From positions 21,837,029 through 21,882,099 of the forward strand of contig NC_068991.1 in the NCBI RefSeq assembly GCF_001194135.2: DNA of 45,071 bases, written 5' to 3'. This document shows positions 37,790 through 45,071 of this stretch, one piece after another. The DNA is from Octopus bimaculoides (Eukaryota). Both the position numbers and the translations under genes were made by a program. The stretch's first letter is position 1; every line of letters starts with the position of its first letter. Under the pieces are notes generated by a model that was not told where the DNA came from, made no database searches, and saw only the letters and a list, made by a program, of their open reading frames with translations.

Positions 37790-39820
37790 ATAGAAATATG
37801 TTAAAAAAACAAAATAGAAACTACCCGTGGAAATGTAAGGGGAAAGTAAGCAGAAAAATAAGAGAGAATGCACATTGGAAATCAAAAAGAAGGTAAGGCT
37901 TTTTATGAAAAGTAACAATATATATATACAATTAGATGAACTGAGGTAGGAATAAAGGTAATAAAAGTCATTATTGTGAGTTATCAAAGAGATTTACAAG
38001 CATACCGGTTTCGTAATAATACTAGTCATTGCTTTGAGTATACACCGAATTCTGAACGGTATCAAGTCTATTAGTCCCTTAGTGAAAAGATTATGTGTAA
38101 AGGAAGTAAGTAGATCTGGATTTGTAGTGTGAATGGTGTATGGGATGTATGGGGGTTAGTGATATTAAATGGAAGATTAGTGGTGTTCTATATGAGATGT
38201 TATGTGTTTATATTTAGTTGAGGAAGATATTTATTAATGAAAATTGCCTCTTTATTCATTCTTTGTTGTGTTGATGTGTTCTGTGAACATTGATAGAAGG
38301 GAAAAATTAGGAAATTAGGATTAAGATTCCTCGCACACCTTTCTATGTGTCCACTGACCTGTATCTGTCTGCAATGTGGGTGGCAGATTTGTTCTTTGTG
38401 GAGAGTAGTTCTTCTACGGAGTGATATTCCTGTTTGGCCAATATAGTAATTACTGCACCCTAAGCATGTAATGGCATAGATTAGATTTTCCGAGGCACAG
38501 GTGAAATTTGATTTAATCTTAAAGATTTCACCTTGTTTAAAGTGGAACTCAGAACCCTCCAAAAGGTGGGGGCAAGTCCCACAGTTAGGTCGACCACATA
38601 TTTTTACTTTTGGTTCTGTTGTTAGTGGATACAGTCTTGCGCTGGTTAATATTTTTTTCAGTGATTTAGGTTGCATTTTACTTTTGATAATTTTGTGTGA
38701 GTCTAAAATTTTGTTCATTGTTTTATCTCTTGTGAGGATGAGAAGATTTTGGATGATAACGTTAAAGGCTTCGTTGTTTCTAGGGTTATGCGTGGAGATG
38801 TATGGGAGTATTTTAAAGTCTGGTTTAGTATTTTGGTTGACTTCCCTTAATGTTTGTATGTCTATTTCCTTTGCTCGTTTAATTCCATCATTTATCAATG
38901 ATGTTGAGTAATGTCTCTTGATTAGTATTGATCTGAGTTGAAGGAGTCTTCGTTCACGAGTATCGGAGTCTGAAACTATGGTACAGATTTTTTTTCGCTA
39001 GATTATAAGGTATATTAATTTTTATGTGTTTGGGGTGGCATGAGTTAAATAATAGGTATTGTTTAGAATCTGTGGGTTTATAGAAGATGTCTGTTTCGAT
39101 GTGGTTATTGACTATTTTAATTAGGATGTCAAGAAAAGGGAGTTGTTTACTGCTGTGTTCCATAGTGAATTGTATGTTGCTATTAATATTGTTAAGCATT
39201 ATTTTGAAATCGAGGAGTTTGTCCATGCTGTCGTTCCAAAGTATAAAGCAATCGTCCAAATACCTCTTCCAGTTCTCCTTTAAATAGCAATGAAAAGAGT
39301 TGCCATATTTTTGTAATGATGAATGATATATTTTCAGCTCTAGGTAACCCATTACAAGGTTCACAATCACTGGTGCAGCTCGGATTCCCATTGCAATTCC
39401 CTATTTTTGTTGATAGTAAGCTGTATCGAACATGAAATAGTTGTTCAGTAGGATGAATTTAAGTGCTGCGATTATAAATCTGTGGTTGATGCGCCCTGGG
39501 ATCTCTTGTGGGTATTTTTCTAGCCAGAAGGAGATCGCTTCTATACCATAATCGTGTGGGATATTGGTGTACAAATTCACCACATCAAATGATACTAACA
39601 GGGTTCCTTCACTTATTGTCTTCGGGAGGTGGTTTAGCATATATCTAAGTCATCCCTGATGAAGCTTCTCACATATTTTAGAAACGGTTTGAGCAAGATG
39701 TCAAGGAAGTTGCTCAAACGGTGGGTTTCACAAGCAGGGCCAGCAATGATGGGTCTCAGTTTGAGGTCAGTAGGGGGAGGAATATTAATGCAGAGGCTTG
39801 AAGAAACTTTGCAAGCTTTA
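37790..39820 (-). mobile_element. Penelope-like retroelement copy 1 (RT + GIY-YIG), 5'-truncated and frameshifted
   Basis: RT motifs LRPIIAGP...RLSNFLDILLKP, LVSFDVVNLYTNIP, G-I-A-M-G, RYLDDCF and IETDIFYKPTD. GIY-YIG with Cys knuckle: CGRPNCGTC...LIYAITCLGCSNYYIGQT...H. Frame breaks near 39650, 39400 and 38950. Bounded by (TA)n. Confidence 0.93.
37998..38034 (-). ncRNA. Minimal type I hammerhead ribozyme motif in the Penelope 3' region (A3:U8 variant)
   Basis: Minus strand reads AAGCA-AUGACUA-GUA(UUAU)UAC-GAAA-CCGG-UA-UGCUU: 5-bp stem I, 3-bp stem II, GAAA, palindromic CCGG stem III, GUA cleavage triplet. Confidence 0.7.
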
Positions 39821-40347
39821 CAAATATATATATATATATTGGAAGGCTTGGAGGTGATGTACAGGAATTATATATTAGAAATAAATTAAGGCACTCAGAA
39901 ATCAGGATGATTGTACATTTACAGATTTATATTAATATGTCACATGTTTTATAGATCATATAAAGTGCTTTTCACCTAGTCTTGTAGGATTTTCAAATTT
40001 TGATTTCACCTTGGGCTGCTGTCTCTTTTTATAGTTTTATTGAATGTGTAGGGGTGGAGAGAGAGATATATAGGATAGTAAGAGAGGGTGAGGAATGGAG
40101 GGAAAAGTGAGAAAGAGAGAGAGAGAGAGAGTGTGTGTGTGTGTGTGTGTGAGTGTTTTTGTGTTGGTGTGTGCGTCCATGTGTGTGTGCCTGTGTAATT
40201 GAAAGGAGTGTCAATGGGAAAGAGAAAAGAAGAAAATTGTGTTTACAGTTGGTCAGTTCTTTCAATGACAAGTTTATTTTAGCCTTTTAAAAAAAATGGC
40301 AAAACCAGGTGGCATTGGAAGAAAGTTGATTTTCAAAAAAAAAAAAA

Positions 40348-40488
40348 AATCTTTGGTATCATTGTCCAGTAGGAGAGAGTGTGTGGGTGTGTTTTTATGT
40401 GTGTGTGTGTATCTGAAAGGAGTGTCAATGGAAAGGAAGGAAGAGGAAGGAATTGTGTTTACATCTATACAGCTGGTTAGCTAAAAAA
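40348..40488 (+). repeat. Left arm of the inverted repeat flanking Penelope copy 2
   Basis: aatctttggtatcattgtccag...gaaaggagtgtcaatggaaaggaaggaagaggaaggaattgtgtttacatctatacagctggttagct is the near-exact reverse complement of 41596-41788, apart from CA-tract length. A diverged third copy lies at ~40100-40260. Confidence 0.9.
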
Positions 40489-40489
40489 A

Positions 40490-41595
40490 GGTAGGAGAGA
40501 AATATGAGAACCTAGGTAACTGGGTTCAATTCTAGTTGGTATAAAAATGTCCCACTATCTGGGTTTCTTGCCGTTTTTTAGGCTCTGTTGTTCCAAATTT
40601 GAAGAACCTAGATGGGTTGTGATCTTCATGTTTTCAGCCATTCAGTTTCGGTGAGAATTTTGTTATGAAGTATTTCTCCATATTTTTCCTGAAGGACGTA
40701 TCGTTTCTTAGGCATTTATAGAAGGGAAAGATCTTAAATTTTCCTTCCCCACATGCTTCTAGGTGGAATTTTCCATAGTTCCTCCTGTCAGACATGTCAG
40801 TGAATTCTGGCTCATTGGCATAAAGAATTTCCAGTTTCACCTATATAATTCTCCTTGCATTTGGGGCAGGTTATGTAGTATATTACGTTCCACGTCTTGC
40901 AGTTCATGTCTGCATTTACTTTGAATGTGTGACCACTTTATTTTATTTGTTTGTTCCCCTCTATATATTTGTAGATGGGGTTGCTGCAGATTCCACTTCT
41001 ACCATCTCCACACTCTTTTACGAAGAATTCGGTTTTATTCTCTGATGAGAATTTTGTTCTTGTTAGGTGTTTCTTTAAGTTTTTTTCTTGGCGTCTACAG
41101 TTTTTTTTGCAATATTTGTTTAGTAGGTTTCCCATTTTGGGGCTTTGTTGGATTATTGGTAGGTTTGAGTGTATAATGTGAAACATGTTGGTGATTGTAG
41201 GGTTGTGTGTGTTAATGAAAGGGATGATGTTTTCTTTGTTTTTCATTTTTGGTGTTCTGAGTTGTGTGATGTCCAACTTTATTGCTCTCGCGATTCTGTT
41301 TTTTCTATTAAGGTGAGTGGGTATTTTTGTTCTAGTAGGAAGTTTTTAAGTTCCTCTAGTCTTATTTGGCGTGTCTATGCGTCTTGCCATACTATATGGA
41401 ATGTTTTTTTTTATGTGGGATGGGTGGCAGGAGTAGAAATTTAAATATTGGTGTGTGTCGGTTTTTTTGGAGTGGATGTCTGTTGTAACGATGGAGTTGT
41501 GTATCTTGATGTTGATGTCTAGGAAGGGAAGTTCCTTGTAGTGGATAGATGGGTGCAGTGTGTTGAGGATGTTGTGGAATGTTCCTAGATCTTCA
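40490..41595 (-). mobile_element. Penelope-like retroelement copy 2 (second family; decayed RT thumb to GIY-YIG C-terminus)
   Basis: Fragments TDIHSKKTDTHQYLNFYSCHP, NKENIIPFINTHNP and FKIFPFYKC...RKNMEKYFITKFSPKLN parallel copy 1 (IFPFYQC...KEAIFINKYLPQLN). Many frameshifts. Confidence 0.85.
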
Positions 41596-41788
41596 TTTTT
41601 GAGCTAACCAACTGTATAGATGTAAACACAATTCCTTCCTCTTCCTTCCTTTCCATTAACACTCCTTTCAGATACACAGGCACACACGTGCATATGCATG
41701 TGCGCACACACACACGTGCACACACACACACACACACACAAAAACGCAACCACACACTCTCTCCCGCTGGACAATGATACCAAAGATT
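41596..41788 (-). repeat. Right arm of the inverted repeat flanking Penelope copy 2
   Basis: Reverse complement of 40348-40488 with a longer internal CA/TG tract. Confidence 0.9.
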
Positions 41789-42447
41789 ATTTTACATTTT
41801 ATTGAATTTATGTGTAATTAGATTTGACTTTGAGATGAAAATAATGAAATAGTTCTTTCAAAAACCATATTCATATATCAAAATTTAGACTTACATGCAT
41901 TATATATATATATGCCAGCATTATGCATACACACACATTCAAGGGTATGATTTGATGCAATATACTTTACCAGAATTTTTCAACTTTTACTGGTAAAACA
42001 TTTTTCTCCTACATCCTAGTTGTATTAACCATATTATCGAAGCAAGGACAAACAGATTGTTATGGAACAAAATTGCAAAATACCAGAATGAAAACAAAAC
42101 TGAACGTTGATATTTTGATGTTTTGAATGCATTTAAGACATGTGTTTCTGGTAGTTATATAAGACAGATGTTACCTAATATATTCCACAGTCAAACATTT
42201 AGAATATATTTTTAAATGTTTGAGTAGGGAAAGTATTAAGATCTATCTTAGATAACCACTGGAGATATATGTGTAAAATACATTCAAAATATTAAAATAG
42301 CATTTGTTTTTGTCTTGGTTCTAGTAAACACACACACACACACACATACACACAAATATGAATGTATGCAAATATTCATATCTATGAAAATAAGGTCAAA
42401 GACATACAATATTTAAAAATACAATATATAAAAGCAAGTATCCATAC

Positions 42448-42618
42448 CTGAGGTCCAGGCATTTTACTAATATTACGTAGCTGTGTTTGGAAATCCAGTA
42501 AAGAGCTATTTAGATATGAAAACAGATCTTGGACGTCTTCGCTTTTGTTGGCAATGACATTATCAAGGGATTGCAGTGCTATATCACTCTTATTTTGGTT
42601 CTGAATTATTTCTTCCAG
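42448..42618 (-). CDS. Internal exon of an uncharacterised coiled-coil/mini-collagen protein (upstream exons outside the window or in a gap)
   Basis: Minus-strand acceptor tttccattccttctAG and donor CAG|GTATGG; 171 nt, phase 0-0, open: LEEIIQNQNKSDIALQSLDNVIANKSEDVQDLFSYLNSSLLDFQTQLRNISKMPGPQ. Confidence 0.85.
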
Positions 42619-43799
42619 CTAGAAGGAATGGAAACATGATTTGTATATGTGTGAATATTATATATATATATAATACCGCCCACATACATGACAAACATAC
42701 ATACGCGCCCTCACACACACATAGCCGAACGCACATATATACACACACACACACCCATATATACGCGCACGCCTACATACACAGCCGCATACACATGCAC
42801 ACACATACACACAGGAGTGCACACACAAAATAACACACATACCTGGCACACATACGCACGCACACACATAAACACACACATACACACCCCTCACATACAT
42901 AAAACCACACACACACACATACACGACACACATACACATATACACACATACACATATACACACATGCACACACACCTCTCACANNNNNNNNNNNNNNNNN
43001 NNNNNNNNNNNNNNNNNNNNNNNNNNNNNNNNNNNNNNNNNNNNNNNNNNNNNNNNNNNNNNNNNNNNNNNNNNNNNNNNNNNNNNNNNNNNNNNNNNNN
43101 NNNNNNNNNNNNNNNNNNNNNNNNNNNNNNNNNNNNNNNNNNNNNNNNNNNNNNNNNNNNNNNNNNNNNNNNNNNNNNNNNNNNNNNNNNNNNNNNNNNN
43201 NNNNNNNNNNNNNNNNNNNNNNNNNNNNNNNNNNNNNNNNNNNNNNNNNNNNNNNNNNNNNNNNNNNNNNNNNNNNNNNNNNNNNNNNNNNNNNNNNNNN
43301 NNNNNNNNNNNNNNNNNNNNNNNNNNNNNNNNNNNNNNNNNNNNNNNNNNNNNNNNNNNNNNNNNNNNNNNNNNNNNNNNNNNNNNNNNNNNNNNNNNNN
43401 NNNNNNNNNNNNNNNNNNNNNNNNNNNNNNNNNNNNNNNNNNNNNNNNNNNNNNNNNNNNNNNNNNNNNNNNNNNNNNNNNNNNNNNNNNNNNNNNNNNN
43501 NNNNNNNNNNNNNNNNNNNNNNNNNNNNNNNNNNNNNNNNNNNNNNNNNNNNNNNNNNNNNNNNNNNNNNNNNNNNNNNNNNNNNNNNNNNNNNNNNNNN
43601 NNNNNNNNNNNNNNNNNNNNNNNNNNNNNNNNNNNNNNNNNNNNNNNNNNNNNNNNNNNNNNNNNNNNNNNNNNNNNNNNNNNNNNNNNNNNNNNNNNNN
43701 NNNNNNNNNNNNNNNNNNNNNNNNNNNNNNNNNNNNNNNNNNNNNNNNNNNNNNNNNACGCACACACACGTTCTGTTATCACACACACACTCGCAGACT

Positions 43800-44086
43800 T
43801 TCGCAAACGCACAGATTCATCTCCCTTTTTCACTCTCCTATCTTAGAAAGAACTTTTCCCCCACCACCTCCTCTTCTGGTCTTTTCATCATGTAACCTCG
43901 TGGGCATCGGTACCATTTTCCTCTTTCTCCGTTCTTCCATTCTCCGAACTTTCCATCTTTCCGACGAAGGGCTACGCCCGAAACGTCATACACTCTCTCT
44001 TTCCTTTCCTGAGCATCCAATAATACTATCCATATCACGTCCTCACTTTGTTGTTTTTTTGTTTTTTTGTTATTGTTTTTTTGAAC

Positions 44087-44090
<4 letters not shown>
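43800..44090 (+). mobile_element. Penelope-terminus-like fragment
   Basis: Pyrimidine-rich stretch containing CCGACGAAGGGCTACGCCCGAAACGTC (43961-43987) and ending in (TA)n. Confidence 0.5.
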
Positions 44091-44114
<24 letters not shown>

Positions 44115-44123
<9 letters not shown>

Positions 44124-44325
44124 ATATATATAACATATACATACATATAACACACACATATATATACATACATTTATATAACACACACACACACATATAT
44201 ACATACATTTATATAACACACACACACACATATATACATACATTTATATAACACACACACATATATACATACGCTTATATAACACACACACATATATACA
44301 TACATTTATAACACACACATATATA
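44115..44325. repeat. ~30-35-bp microsatellite-derived minisatellite
   Basis: atatatacatacatttatataacacacacac(ac) repeated about 6 times. Confidence 0.85.
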
Positions 44326-44737
44326 TATATATATAGCAATAAGAAAATGGAGGGGATCAAGAGGTGGTATTCATCAACTTTTAGACATTATATTATGTCT
44401 ATTTATTTATTTAAAAAAAAAATTATTATAACGATATACATACATGTATAACATATTATGTTTTACATATATAATATATAAAAATATCAGTAATTATTAA
44501 AACATTTAACGTAGAGCATAGAAAGTAGGATAGTATCTTACAGCTGCTTCAGCCAAGAGGCCATAGTACCCCACTCTACTTCCATCCCTTCAGTGAACTG
44601 AAGTATTTGGTAGATAAGATTAAGGTACTTGGGTGTGTCTCTAGACTTCGTCAGAGAGTTTAGAAAGTTCATATGGTTAAGTTATAAATATAAATACATA
44701 TATATATATATATACACACTTTTACATATATATACAT

Positions 44738-45038
44738 ATACATCATCATCATCGTTTAACGTCCGCCTTCCATGCTAGCATGGGTTGGACGATTTGACTG
44801 AGGACTGGTGAAACCGGATGGCAACACCAGGCTCCAATCTAATTTGGCAGAGTTTCTACAGCTGGATGCCCTTCCTAACGCCAACCACTCAGAGTGTAGT
44901 GGGTGCTTTTACATGTCACCCGCACGAAAACGGCCACGCTCGAAATGGTGTCTTTTATGTGCCACCCGCACAAGAGCCAGTCCAGGGGCACTGGCAACGA
45001 TCTCGCTCGAAAACCCTACAAAGGCCAGTCGGGCGGTA
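44738..45038 (-). mobile_element. RTE-type 3' end copy
   Basis: Reverse complement of 13545-13848 with internal rearrangement. Confidence 0.8.
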
Positions 45039-45040
45039 TA

Positions 45041-45071
<31 letters not shown>

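Noticed and set aside
40560-40600. Possible hammerhead after the Penelope copy 2 ORF (GCC-loop-GGC...GAAAC on the minus strand)
   Set aside because: The core and stem I cannot be assigned; too degenerate.
44540-44680. Minus-strand open stretch ending at a GTAAGA donor, also containing CTGACGAAGTC-TAGA-GAC
   Set aside because: The open frame ends in phase 2, incompatible with the phase-0 exon at 42618. There is no good acceptor, and the GAAA of a hammerhead is missing.

Overview
AT-rich, microsatellite- and SINE-dense animal genomic DNA with five N gaps. The repeat families look like those of Octopus (inference from recall; no search was run). Two spliced protein-coding genes can be reconstructed by hand with consistent splice phases. 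(1) A CCSAP orthologue on + with 3 coding exons (8353-8671, 11369-11544, 14843-15049; 233 aa). (2) The 3' part of an unnamed minus-strand gene (42448-42618, 36751-36861, 35689-35856) encoding coiled coil + 3 Gly-X-Y triplets + a 6-Cys C-terminal module. The rest is mostly mobile DNA: two Penelope-like (RT + GIY-YIG) retroelement copies, Tc1 and mariner remnants, an RTE remnant, several SINE families and a 720-bp TIR element with a 6-bp TSD. The most notable observations are a minimal hammerhead ribozyme with an A3:U8 compensatory core downstream of a Penelope ORF, an inverted ~345-bp promoter-like duplication upstream of CCSAP, and the collagen-neck protein. Almost all ORFs in the supplied track are microsatellite or gap artefacts. 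I found no convincing wholly new multi-gene system.
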